The notes beneath the pieces were generated by a model. The model was given only the letters and a program-made list of their open reading frames with translations. It did no database searches and had not been told where the DNA came from. A stretch of DNA of 64,000 bases from Botryllus schlosseri. Its lineage: Eukaryota. Where the stretch lies: contig CM119371.1 in assembly GCA_051294905.1 (NCBI GenBank), positions 39,868,001 to 39,932,000 on the forward strand. The letters are read 5' to 3'. Positions within the stretch are counted from its first letter, which is position 1. Each line of letters opens with the position of its first letter. Position numbers and translations under genes: made by a program. Shown here piece after piece: positions 1-11,949 of this stretch.

Positions 1-281
1 TGGTTCGCATCTATAATATACTAATTTTCCTCACTTTTAGCAGTTTCTGGTCGTATTTTCAAGTACCGGTACCAGTACCAACAGACAAGATATGAATGGT
101 GTGGTTATTTAACTTTTCTTCGATATTACAATGAAATGTCGGTCTTATTTGTTTGAGTCTCGAGTCATATCCTTGGTTCGAGTCATGCGCAATGACTCGA
201 GTCCAAGTCGAGTCAATACACAAATTGACTCGAGTCAAGTCGAGTCGTCGGAAAATCGTGACTCAAGTCATTACAACCCTG
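1..281. mobile_element. Partial GACTCGAGTC-rich hAT MITE (CAGGGTTGTAA family)
   Basis: Ends in TTACAACCCTG and matches the complete copies elsewhere in the window. Confidence 0.75.
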
Positions 282-651
282 CAAAATCCCATCTAGTCAC
301 CGACGATCAACCCCCTGACGAGTGTCAGCCGAAAATATTCCGATTCATTTAAATAAGAATACACTATTCAATAGTATGGTACCGCATGTCGAAGTTCTGT
401 TGGCTGCCTGCAAGAGAATCCTTACCAAAGTAACTATTGTACATCCCGCAGTCAATTGCGCCGCACTAAATAACGTCCTGATGAAGCGATAAATATGCCG
501 ATGCTCCGGCTCTCACTTGTCGTAATCCGACAGCACATGATCGCACTGAAATGAAGATCGAAAAAACGCGGTTTGTAAGTCTTGGTATCGTATTATTGAA
601 TCAAGCATTGGCAGTTTACTCGCAAACATTGTTGGTCGTCAAAACACATCC

Positions 652-1546
652 CAGACTTGGGCCACAAATTTTCAGATTTTCTATATGAGATAGAATTATT
701 GCTGTGTACACTGTACAGCCTTTATCCAAATTGGACTCGAATTAGAATTATTGCCACACGGTTTATTCCAAATTAGAATATTCGCTGCACAAGTTTATTC
801 TAAATTTGACAAGAATTAGAATTGTAGCCACACAGTTTATTCCAAATTTGATTGAAACTAAGAATAATAGTTGCACAGTTTTTTTTCAAAATTAAACTAG
901 AATTAGAATTATAGCCACACATGCTAGTCCAAATTAGATTAGAATTATAGCAAGAATTTTTTCAAATCAGATTAGAATTAGGATTATAACTATATTTTTC
1001 CAAATTACGTTGGAATTGAAATTGTGGCTACGGTTTATTCCTAATTAGATTAAAATTAGAATAATAGCTACGCAGTTTATTTTCTAAGTTTGATTAGAAC
1101 TAGAATTATAGCTAACATTTTTTTCAAATTACATTACAATGAAAATTGTGGCTAAAGTTTATTCCAAATTAGATTAAAATTAGAATAATAGCTATACAGT
1201 GTTTATCTAATTAGACTAGAATTACAATTATCGCTAGTTTTTCCTTCAAATTAAGTAAGGATTAAAATTATGGCTACAGTTTTTTCCACATTCGAATTAC
1301 CTCCACAAAAACTTGTAAATTGAATGGAGTTTGTTGATATCAAATCAGAGGCACGAGAATTGCAAATGTTAGTGTACAGAAAACTCGGCGCGATTTGCAG
1401 TGTACAGTAAGTCTGTAGCAGTTTCAGGTAAACCAGAAATTAGGTCAATATCAGAATTACAATTAGATCGTAGAAAGATTTTTCAAATTAAACTAGAATT
1501 AGAATGATGGCATCTGGCTTTAAAATTAAGTAGTTGTCCAAGTTTG
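652..1546. mobile_element. CAGACTTGG-family MITE with internal ~36-bp ATTAGA-rich tandem repeats
   Basis: Ends CAGACTTGG...CCAAGTTTG. Degenerate internal repeats. A paralogous copy is at 12272-13415. Confidence 0.7.
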
Positions 1547-2094
1547 CTGCTAACGATCTTGATATATGTAAAAATTTATTTCGGGTTTACAGATTACTGG
1601 CGCCGGACATAGTACAAGTCCTCAAACCATACCATGAACTATTACAAATCGAAAATATCTCACTGTCAAAGGATGCTTTTTTTCGTCGAAAATTACCTTA
1701 GTCTTCTTTCCACTGTCCCATTTTTCGATAAGGTGATAAACGGCTAATGCCACGCTGTATGGACAGAAAATACGGGTGGCAACGATATTGGATAACGTAA
1801 TAAGTTCCAACTTGTGCCTGATATTGCAAATTGAGCAAGATTGACATGAATCAGAATTGAGCGTTAATTCTAATTTATGGAGTCGTATAGCGAGAGATGA
1901 GATTTGAGAAAACTTAATCATCAGCTCCAATTCACCGAGAGTTAATTTATCAGCAATTATAGTTTCAACACTATTTTCCACTGGAAAAGGCTGTAATCCT
2001 AGATTGCTCGTATCACAGCATACGAAATTGTAATTATTATTAAATGTAAACATGGAATTGCCGAATCTGCTGCTGGAAACTGGAGGATTTCCGG

Positions 2095-2581
2095 CTGGGT
2101 TGTAACCAAGTCACAAGGTTCCGAGTCACAAGTCCATTTCAATAATATAGTTTTGAGTCAAGTCGAGTCATTTTCAATTCACGACCGAGCCCGAGTCAGT
2201 GAGTAGAGGCTCGGGTTCGAGTCATAGTGTTGTGACTCAAGTCCAAATCACTATGTTCACTGTTTAGTTTTTAGTTCATTCCGGTCCAACCCATCCTTTT
2301 CAACTATGTTCGAGTGACATAGAATGGCTCGCATTCATAATATCGTATTTTTCCACAGTCCTAACAGTTTCTGGCCCTATTTTCCAAGTATCAGGACTGA
2401 TAGACGAAATGTTACGCGAGGACTCAAATTCTTCGAAGTCACAATGAAATGTCATACGACTTGGTTCGAGTCATGCACAATGCACAATACAAAAATTGAC
2501 TTGCATCAAGTTATGTCGGGCGTTTGAAAAAATGACTCAAGGCGAGTCACCAAAATATCGTGACTCGTCATTACAACCCAG
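2095..2581. mobile_element. GACTCGAGTC-rich hAT MITE
   Basis: TIR CTGGGTTGTAA/TTACAACCCAG and TSD ATTTCCGG/ATTTCTGG. Confidence 0.8.
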
Positions 2582-3210
2582 ATTTCTGGCAATATAAAAG
2601 CTAGCCTGCTGTCCAGAGCGCAGAACTCGCTGAATCTGGTCTTGATCGAAAGCTACTGTCGCGCTGATTCCGACAATCTGAATCAAAACATGATCAGGCA
2701 GTAGATCCATCCAGGGTGGTTTTTAATCAAAGTCCCAAGCCTGACGATATTTTAAATTTGATTTTGGGAATCAACACCATATACAATAAATTATGAGCCC
2801 TGATCACTTTGTGAGTGCCCGAAATCCTACAGTCGCTGTCCCAAAACAATTCTGATCCCAGACTCTAAGCTGCAATATCACTACTTGCCATCCCATGTCA
2901 GCATTCGATAGTATTACAAAGCCTGGTACTTTAGTGGAAATGACTCATTTGTGAAAAGGTGATAGACCCACGACATTGTCACAAAGTGCAATGAAATCTC
3001 GGTAGGGTTGAAAAAATACAAAATCGTTTTTAATGAGATGTAGGCTAGAACTGGCATTATTATATGTTAGGTAGCTGCATTAAAGTCCTGGAACATAATT
3101 GAACTTTTCATATCATTCATACAGTTATGTTCGAATGCTCAACTCGACGCATTTGATTTTACTCGGCTCTCGTTGTCAGTAGATAGATTTAGATTACAGT
3201 GTATGTGCAC

Positions 3211-3826
3211 TAGGGCTGTTCAAAAAAAAAAACTTTTTCTTCAGATTTCAGTGGCTATGTGATATAATTGTTAAGCTGGTAAAAACAACGCTGCACACCA
3301 ACTTTGGCCCAACTCCAACCGGTAGAAGCGAGATTCATGCAGTAGAAAGTTTTGAATTTATTATAAAAAAAATCTTCTGTCAACCCCACACAACTGTTAG
3401 GCTGTCAGTAGGGATGATGCAAAACAAATTTGGCTCAATTCCAACCAGTAGAAACAAAGTTATTGGGGTAGAAAAATTTGGATGTGAATAAAATAGTATT
3501 TACGGTGACTAACTCTTCAATTATTTATTATAAAATCATGGAATTAGAAATTTTTCTATCGCCATAACTTTGCTTCTACAGGTTGAAATTGAGCCAAATT
3601 TGGTTTTCATCGTCTCTACTGACAGCCTAACAATTTCGTGGGGGTAGGCAGAAAAAATTTTATTTTTTATATGATAGGCCTACATTCAAAACTTTCTACT
3701 GCAATAATCTCGCTTCTACTGGTTGGAATTATGCCAAATGTGTTACGCAGCGTTGTTTCAACCGACCTAACAATTTTATCACATAGCCAGTGACATATGA
3801 AGAAAATTTTTTTTTGAACATCTCTA
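3211..3826. mobile_element. Fold-back hAT-type MITE (TAGGGCTGTTCAAAA family)
   Basis: Long inverted arms and TSD ATGTGCAC/ATGAGCAC. Related copies lie near 9.3-9.7 kb and 14.9-17.0 kb, and at 52624, 56909 and 61743. Confidence 0.8.
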
Positions 3827-4162
3827 ATGAGCACTGTGCAGATACACATACATGCAATTGGGACAAGCAGGCATAAGCTGTTTGAGGACTCAAAAACTAC
3901 TGTTTTACTGTGTTAATTTGCCTACATTTGGTCAAAATTAAGATTTTAAAGGTAAAAAAAGGTAAAAATTCTGATTTTTTTGGTAAAAAATTGCCGTACT
4001 AATGACCATCATGCAATTAACGAGTGCACCTACCTAGTACGATACGCTTCCAGTTCCCAGGACATGAAATAATCCCCGCGTATGTTAATAACCTTTCCAA
4101 ATAAACCTGAAATCAGAAGCAACCAAGTTACTAATGGCACCAACAATCCGTTCAATGATCAC

Positions 4163-5040
4163 TAGGGCAATTTTTTTTTGACATGTCAAAAAAAGTCAAA
4201 ATTAGGTCAAAATTGTAGCGTTAGGTCAAAATTTGTCAAAATTGTTTACAAAGTCAAACATTTTTTGACCTCTGCATTTCGTTTGTATCGTAGATTTTGC
4301 GCTGTCGGTGAACTTATCACTTGATATTTTACAGCTTGTAGCCTACTTTATAGGCCTACGGTTGAAAATGGACCATCGTCTGCTCATTGTGAATCATAAA
4401 TGGTCAAATGAAACAAATAGTGACATGGTTTTATGGTCAACGTACCGCAATATCCTAGCTGAAGCAAGACTGCTTGGACATTGCATGGTTCTTATATCAA
4501 GAAGTGCAAGCTGAAAAATTGTGATATAGACAACATTGTCAGAATGAAGCAACACGGTTTGTCACCAGCAGTGTGCACACAACTTGAGTGTTGTCAGCCA
4601 ACAAATACTGTTGTTGAACGTTCTTTCTCCGTTCTTGGCAAGCTACGTAGTAAGGACAGACACTTTCTACCCGAGAATGTAGGAAAGGATCTTTTGTTGT
4701 ACTACAACAAATTTTAATTATTTCCACCAGAATACGTAATGTAACTACTGGAATTCTTCATAAGGCAAGATTTCGTTAAAATACTAGTTTTTCATGTAAA
4801 AATCTGTCAGTTTTTGAGCCAATAACGTTTTTTCAGGCCAATCTACTTTGTAAGGACAGACAGTTCCAACCAGAAATGAAGATAGGTAGTACAATTTTAA
4901 CATTATATGCGAAAACACCTAATTTGCATACGTGAGGTCAAAATTTGGTCAAATTTCAGTTTTTTTAGGTCAAAAAAGGTCAAAATTTAGATTTTTTAGG
5001 TCAAAATCTTCCTTTTTTTAGGTAAAAAAAAATTGCCCTA
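4163..5040 (+). mobile_element. Non-autonomous hAT deletion derivative with a C-terminal dimerisation-domain remnant
   Basis: TIR TAGGGCAATTTTTTTTT and perfect 8-bp TSD ATGATCAC. Subterminal GGTCAAAA repeats. ORF 4481-4717 contains PTNTVVERSFSVLGKL, resembling the hAT dimerisation motif. Confidence 0.85.
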
Positions 5041-5150
5041 ATGATCACCGATAGCGTACGAAGAAGCAATCGAGAAGTGATTTGAAGTTCAAAATATATA
5101 TTTTTTTAATATGTATCGGATTAGGATATCGACGCATGTATATTGATGTA

Positions 5151-5416
5151 CCGTAAACCGGGGTAACTTTGGACAATTCTCAACAATTCCTCTTTGTATC
5201 TTGGAAATGCTAGGATGCAGAAGAGGCAAGATTTGTGTTTTTCATGGATCGTGGAGCAAAGATTAGAATTGCCAAATCCAAAATCTTCATGGTCATAAAT
5301 AAGTACCTCATTTTCGTAAATTATCCGTGTCCAAAGTTACCCCTGTATGTGGGGCAACTTTGAACAGTGTAGTTTTGTGTATGCCTTTACACTCTATTGT
5401 TTATGAAACCTCGTAA
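5151..5416. mobile_element. Left part of a Tc1/mariner-pogo-like MITE, host of the hATm insertion
   Basis: TA followed by CCGTAAACCGGGGTAACTTTGGACA, with an internal inverted copy (TGTCCAAAGTTACCCC). No matching right end found. Confidence 0.5.
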
Positions 5417-5425
5417 ATGAGGCAT

Positions 5426-8400
5426 TAGGGTTGTCCAAAATTTGAAAAATTTCGAAAATGCTGCGTTGTAATGTCTTATTCTATAGATTATTGATTAAAA
5501 ACATCAACAAGCCTGAAAGAAGCTCTCAGGAACGTCGTTAAGATTTCTTACAAAGCGTTTGAAAGTAGCTGCCAAAGAGTGGGCGGGCCACCGACGGCGA
5601 AATTGCAACTAGGCGGGCAATGACGAAACCACGATTCTTGATTGGGTAATCGGTTATGCTTCAATGATGACGGCGGCTGTCAGCTCTGATTTGGGTGCTT
5701 CACCGTGTTTGACAGAAGGAGTAGGTTTTGCTGCTGCTGAGTCTGTTGGTGACGGCTGTAATACTGTAAAAGCGTGTTGTGGTTTGATGAGTCAATAGTA
5801 GTAATGTAACAGTGGTTCTTCGAATGTATCAGTTGTAGCAGTAGTTTCTGTTTTGCGGAGGTCGAGTCTGTTAGTAGAGACGGGAATTTGTAAAGCGCAT
5901 TGTGGGTTGATGCATCAATAGTTGTAATGCAACACTTGTTCCTTACTCAATGTTTTCGTTGCAGCAGCATTTTCTGTTCTGATGAGGTCGATTTTGTTAG
6001 TAGTGGTTGTGGTTATGTACAAGGGCATTGTGGGTTGGTGAGTTAATAGTCGTAATGTAACACTTGTTACTTAAATGTTTTAGGCGTAGCTGTAATTTAT
6101 GATAGAAGGAAAAAATATTACTGTCATGGCAGAGGCAAAACGGCGGAAGACTGTGCACTTGCCACAGAGAAGAACAAGATCTCGATCTGAGCATTACTTG
6201 GTCGGATATGCTTGCGATTACATCTGTGGCTCGAGATTACCAACCTTGCGAGAAGTAATGAGTTACTTTCTGCATCTGAAAGACCATTGCCCTCAGTCAA
6301 CCCCTACTCGTGAGCTATGTAATGTGGTGGTTCATGATGTCATGACAGTGTGGCAAATGGCGAGAATTGCCACAATACTTAAAGGAAATGCGGTGAAATT
6401 ACTTGAAAAACTGAACAAAAAATATATTTTTCTGAAGGCGACCATGAAACGGGAAAGTGATCCCAAGGGTAAGAGGAAAAAATTCACGGAAGATTTGGAC
6501 AAGTTGTGGGATATTGGAAGTACAGATGCGATAGCAATAATACAAAATGACATTTATCTATCACATGATAGAAAGCTCGAAGACATTGCATTCTATGAAG
6601 ATCAACAGCAATCTCGCAAATGCATAATGTTGGGAAGAGACAAGATTCTCGCTAAAGACATCGAAAAGAAAACAGCAACCATGGCGGATAGAACTGTTAA
6701 AAACATTCAACATGACTCAAGTGATGACTATGTTGTTTTAGCATCTTCTTCATCTTCAAAAGAGGGTGATAGTTTGAGTTCAAGTTCTGATTATGATGCT
6801 GATGTTGGTCTTGGCACCTCGACAGCCATTAAGCTGATGGCACCTAAAAATATTATGAATAATACCCATGTGTCCCAAGCTCTGGATCGATTGCAAATAA
6901 CAGACAACAAGGCAACAATGCTGATCGGAGCATTTATTACGGCTTGTGGCGGTGACATAGCAATGTTCTCTCTGTCAAGATCTCCGACAAAGAGAGCCAG
7001 GGAAACAAATCGTCTTGAAATTTCCAAGGATATTTCAGAAAAATTTGCAGAAAATAAACCTCAACATGTTGCTATTCATTGGGATGGAAAGCTCACAGAG
7101 GATAGATTAGGAAATCGGTATGAGGCTCTGTCAATTGTCCTATCTTGTCATCCTCAATACTCAGAAGGAAAACTACTTGGCATTCAAAAGATGCAAAATG
7201 CTGCAGGTCAGACGCAAGCAGAAACCACTTTCAACATAATTGAAAGTTGGAATATAAAAGATGCTGTAACAGCTTTGGTTTTTGACACTACAGCAAGCAA
7301 CAGCGGCTGGAAGAAGGGTGCGGCAAAGATTCTTGAAGACCTTCTAGGAAGGAAGGTGTTCTACCATGCATGTCGGCACCATGTGTATGAGCTGGTAGTG
7401 AAAGACGTTTGGAAATCTTTATTTGGAAAGGCCACAACTGGACCAGAGAATGCATGGTTTGCCCACCTTAAAAGGAACTGGAGCAGTCTTGACAGGGAAC
7501 AGCAATTCAAGACTCTGACTATTCCTCTGTTTTGCTGAACGAGCTGCAATGATAGTTGATAAGTTCAAGCTACTGTTGAACAGAAAAGATTTTTTCACAC
7601 GGGATGACTACAAGCAATGTGTGACTAATGCTCTTGCTCTTCTCGGTGCAGATGAAGATATACGTCATCACAAACCTGGTGCAGCACACCATGCGAGATG
7701 GATGGGTACAATTCTGTATGCTCAAAAGATGTTCATGTGGGCCGACCAATTAGATTACAAATCTGAAGAAGTTGAACTGCTGCGCCGCTTCAATTTATTT
7801 TTGGTTCTCTTATATCCCTGCGTGGGTGGATTCAAGCATTGGTCGTGATGCAGCTGGTAATGACTTGAGATTCGTTCAGCACATGTTGAGTTATAAGGAA
7901 TATGATGAGCAAGTTTCCACAGCTGCTTCACGAAAGCTTTTGAAGCACGACTGGTATATTGTTGAGGAAACCGCTGTATACGCCTTGTTTTCACCGACGG
8001 AAAGCAAGGAAACCGGGGAAAATATGGCAAAGGCGCTCCTGCAAGTAGAGCGAACTTCCAGTTTCAGAAGAGGCCCACCCTCATTGAATGCAACTATACA
8101 GATCAACAAGGACAGTACGTTGTCTGACCTTATTGGGCCCCAGTCGTGGTACATATTTGAAGTTTTTGAATGCTCTGGGGATTGGCTGCGTCAACCGGTT
8201 GATGATTGGCACTTTTCAGATTCATTCAATAAAATGAATTGCTACGTTAGTTCTGTCAAAGTCGTTAATGATGCCGCAGAAAGAGGTGTCAAGCTAAGCA
8301 CAGACTATGCTGCAATCTTGACTGACAATGAACAGCAAAGAGACAGTTTGCTTCAAGCTGTGGAACAGCATAGGAAGATTTTTGGAGACAGCAGGAAGTC

Positions 8401-9125
8401 TACTCTTATCAAAGGCCAGTGATCTGCAACACTGACCCTGCGATATACTTTTTAATGATGCCTTTTGTAAATAGCATTTTTGCCTTTGTTAAATCTTGAA
8501 TAAAAAGTGTAATATGCGTTCGTTTTAGAGAGAGACGTCGACTTACCATAACAAGCCATAAGGAGAAATTGACTACTGGTTTGCAATTTATGAGTTACAG
8601 TCGTTGTCAACTGGTATGTTTTAGAAGGCTCGAAGGTAGCACGATGCATGCATCTAGTTCATTCTTATCTTAATTGGCCAAGCTCCTGTGCAAGAAGTAA
8701 CAAAACTGTTATACACAGTGTTCAGGTAGAAAATATATTACTGGATCGTTATGCTGTTGTCGATGGCAGCATTAACAACGTCAATTTACCATATCGCCAA
8801 TGCCACGAACAGAAATGGCTGCAAACCAACACAACAGAGTAGAACGAAATCGTGACCAGCAATGATCACAAAATCAGTATTTCAGCCAATCAGTAGCTTA
8901 TTATTACAGGTTCCAACCAATCAAAATTCTAGGTTCGTGATTGCCCGCCCACTTCATCGATTCCCCGCCCACATGCAGACGGCTACTTTCAAACGCTTTG
9001 TAAGAAATCTTAACGACGTTCCTGAGAGCTTCTTTCAGGCTTGTTGATGTTTTTAATCAATAATCTATAGAATAAGACATTACAACGCAGCATTTTCGAA
9101 ATTTTTCAAATTTTGGACTACCCTA
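5426..9125 (+). mobile_element. Full-length hAT-superfamily (hATm-like) DNA transposon
   Basis: Near-perfect ~145-bp TIRs (TAGGGTTGTCCAAAATTTG... / ...CAAATTTTGGACTACCCTA). Identical flanking duplication ATGAGGCAT at 5417-5425 and 9126-9134. Transposase inside. Confidence 0.93.
6099..8422 (+). pseudogene. hATm-like DDE transposase split by two frameshifts (~7535 and ~7810)
   Basis: Three consecutive ORFs in three different frames (6099-7538, 7549-7848, 7772-8422) carry the motifs HWDGK, FDTTASNSG, CRHH.YEL, HHARWM and VVNDAAERGVK in the order typical of this transposase family. Confidence 0.88.
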
Positions 9126-10191
9126 ATGAGGCATATTTGGTAAGAGTTGATGAGAGCAGTGGCTAAAACTGAAACAAAATAGTATATGTCTGGTCTATTG
9201 CATGATTTACCTACCCCCCCCCCCAAAAAAAAATAATAGGTAGTTTATGAAGGGTAATGCCCCCTTATTCATCCTTTATCTCAATTCTCCCTCATGCCTT
9301 CACCAATAGAAGCATTGTTATATAAGAAAAAATACGGTATTGGATATATTTAATAAAAATCAATATAGAAATTTTGCTTTCCACCCCATGAAATTGGAAG
9401 GTTGTATGAAGAAACGATGCTCAAAAAATTTGGCCTAATTCCAAGCAGTAGAAGCAAAGTTATTTGAGTATAAAATTTTTGGATTTGTAAAAAATCGTAT
9501 TTACAGTGGAAAACTCTTCATTTGTTTACCACGGTATGGATCCACCCCCTTGTAAATACGTTTTGGAATCCAAAATTTTGACCATCAAAAACTTTGCTCC
9601 TACTGGTTGGAGTGTAGCCAAATTTGTTTTGTTTCGCTTTTTTAGACAACTTGACAATTTTCTGACGTTGCCAGCAGGGTTGTAATGAATCGAGTCACGA
9701 TTTTCTGATGACTCGAATTGACTCAAGTCATTTTCTCTAAATACCGAAATGACTCAACTCGAGTCAATTTGTGTATTGACTCGATATGGAATCGAGTCAA
9801 TGCGCATGACTTAACCAAGTCATATGAATCGAGACTCAGACGGCCAACAGTGACATTTCATTTTAATATTGAAGAATACCGTACTGCATTAAAAGTAAAC
9901 ACACTATTGGGATTTCCTCTGTTGGTACTGGTGGCAGCCTACTTGAAAATGTGACAGGAAAATGCTAAAAGTGAGGAAATTGGTATATTATAATTGCGAA
10001 CCATTTGATATCACCAAACAGAGTTATGAAAAGTGGGTTTACCAAGACTTTAACTAGAAACTGAGCAGTCAACACAATGACTTGGACTCGAGACAAAATA
10101 CCATGACTCGGACTCGACCCTCTGCTCGCTGACTTGGACTCGATCTTGACTCGGTGGTGAACTGAAAATGACTAACTCTAGTCAAAACTAT

Positions 10192-11310
10192 AGAGAGAGA
10201 GAGAGTCTTTATTTTTCATCAAACCAAAATACATAACACTCGGCAGTGGTGGTGGTACAGAAAATATGCATGCACAGTATTCGGTATTAGATAGGAATGA
10301 TCGATAAGACCGTGAGGGTCATCTAGTCTGATCACACCAGCATCAAACAGGTACACTTGACTCTAAACAGTCTGGCTGTAAAAAAAGTTACAGTAGTTAA
10401 AAAAATAAAATAGAAGAAAAATTAAACGATGGTAGCAAATGATCAATGAAGCAATGTCTGGGCGAGGTAGGGCAACAGTGTTAGTGTAACGATAAGAGGT
10501 GATCAAGTAGGGCTTTTTTGAATCTATCATAAGGCAATTCACGGATATGTGGTGGTAATGCATTCCAAATGATAGGTCCCGAGTAGTCGATAGATCTCTT
10601 AGTTAGGTTGCTATTGGGTGGGGGTAAGTGGATATTTCCCTTTGACGAGGATCTCGTGTAATGGGAATGGACATTTTTAGCAGGTATGAAAAAGTCATCA
10701 AACACGGGAGGCAGAGTATTGGAAAAATATTTGTGAACAACTTTTGATACTTCGAAGCGATACAGTTCATCAACTCGCAAAATTCGATGTTTACGGTAGT
10801 AAGGCGATAAATTGGTACGTAAAGGTACAGATGAGATCAGCCGTATCGCACGGTTTTGCAGGGTTCGAATTCTGCACAGAAATGTTTTGCATGCACTTCC
10901 CCATACTACGATTCCATATTGCAGGTGAGAGTGGAAAAGAGAAAAATATATGGTTCGAAGTATTGATCTGGAAACCAAAGATTGCAGACGGGTCATTATT
11001 CCCACACACCGAGCTAGTTTTGATATTGTGCATTCAATATGCTGCTTCCAAGACATTTTAGCATCAATAGTGACACCGAGATATTTTGCTGAGTCACATA
11101 TGGAGATTTGTTTATGATTGATGTTCACAGTGAAACTATGATTGGCATTATTTAAAAGGAGCATCTCGGTCTTATCTGCATTCAAGCTTAGTTTGTTTGC
11201 TTGGAGCCATCTCGACACTTTTGGGAGTTCCCTATTCACGGATGCATGCAAATCATTGCCAGTGTTAGAGGTTATGAAGAGGTGAGTATCATCAGCAAAT
11301 AGGGTTGTGA
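10192..11310 (-). mobile_element. 5'-truncated CR1/L2-clade non-LTR retrotransposon
   Basis: RT C-terminal coding region, then a ~280-bp 3' UTR, then AATAAA and a (CT)n tail on the minus strand. Abrupt 5' truncation at the FADD motif. Confidence 0.85.
10481..11308 (-). pseudogene. C-terminal half of LINE ORF2 reverse transcriptase
   Basis: Motifs LFADDT, KLSLNADKT, KYLGVTID..MSWKQHI and YGIVVWGS. The frame is open to the stop. The first 45 codons of the listed ORF come from MITE and flank sequence. Confidence 0.88.
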
Positions 11311-11949
11311 GTGAGATTGACTTGTGAGATTGACTTGTGAGTCGAAGCCTCGTGACTTGGTCACAACCCTGGTAGCCGGAAAAATTTGAAAAAACTTGAG
11401 GTTGTTTTTCCACAGCTTTCTTCTTATATAGCAATGCTTCCATGGGTTAAAATAGAGCCAAAATTGGACCTCAATTTTCATCAAGCAGCCAGTAAAATTA
11501 AAGAAAATTTGAACCGCCTCATTGCAACATGTCTTAGAAATCAATACTACATAAAATCAAGTAAAAATGTACGGCCTTACTTCTACTTTTATCTGAGAAA
11601 CGATTTTAATCACTTTCAATGTTTCACGTATGCAATTTTATCGGTAATCGATGACAAAACAAATCAACTTGACAGCGTGTTCTGTCACGGGGATGGGGCA
11701 GTGAGGTAGAGCAAACAAAGCAGTCTTCCAGGAATTACAATTATTAGATCTGCTATCACATGACCATTGATCAGCGGGCTGATGGAAATTTGAATAATAT
11801 ATTCATGCTGGAATAAAGCCAAATATTTTTGGCTGACACTCGCCAGGGGTAATCGTTACGAACTAGTAGAGATTTCAAAAGAAGTTTGTAGTTTATATCA
11901 ATAATCGTGATGTCATATTGTGATACAATCGTTGCTCTTTCCAATTCTC

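Larger units (their letters stand above)
9675..11371. mobile_element. GACTCGAGTC-rich hAT MITE interrupted by a LINE
   Basis: TIR CAGGGTTG/CAACCCTG and TSD GTTGCCAG/GTAGCCGG. MITE sequence resumes at ~11310 after the LINE. Confidence 0.8.

Noticed and set aside
6332..8154. Antisense ORFs over the transposase
   Set aside because: They are shadow frames with no recognisable motifs.
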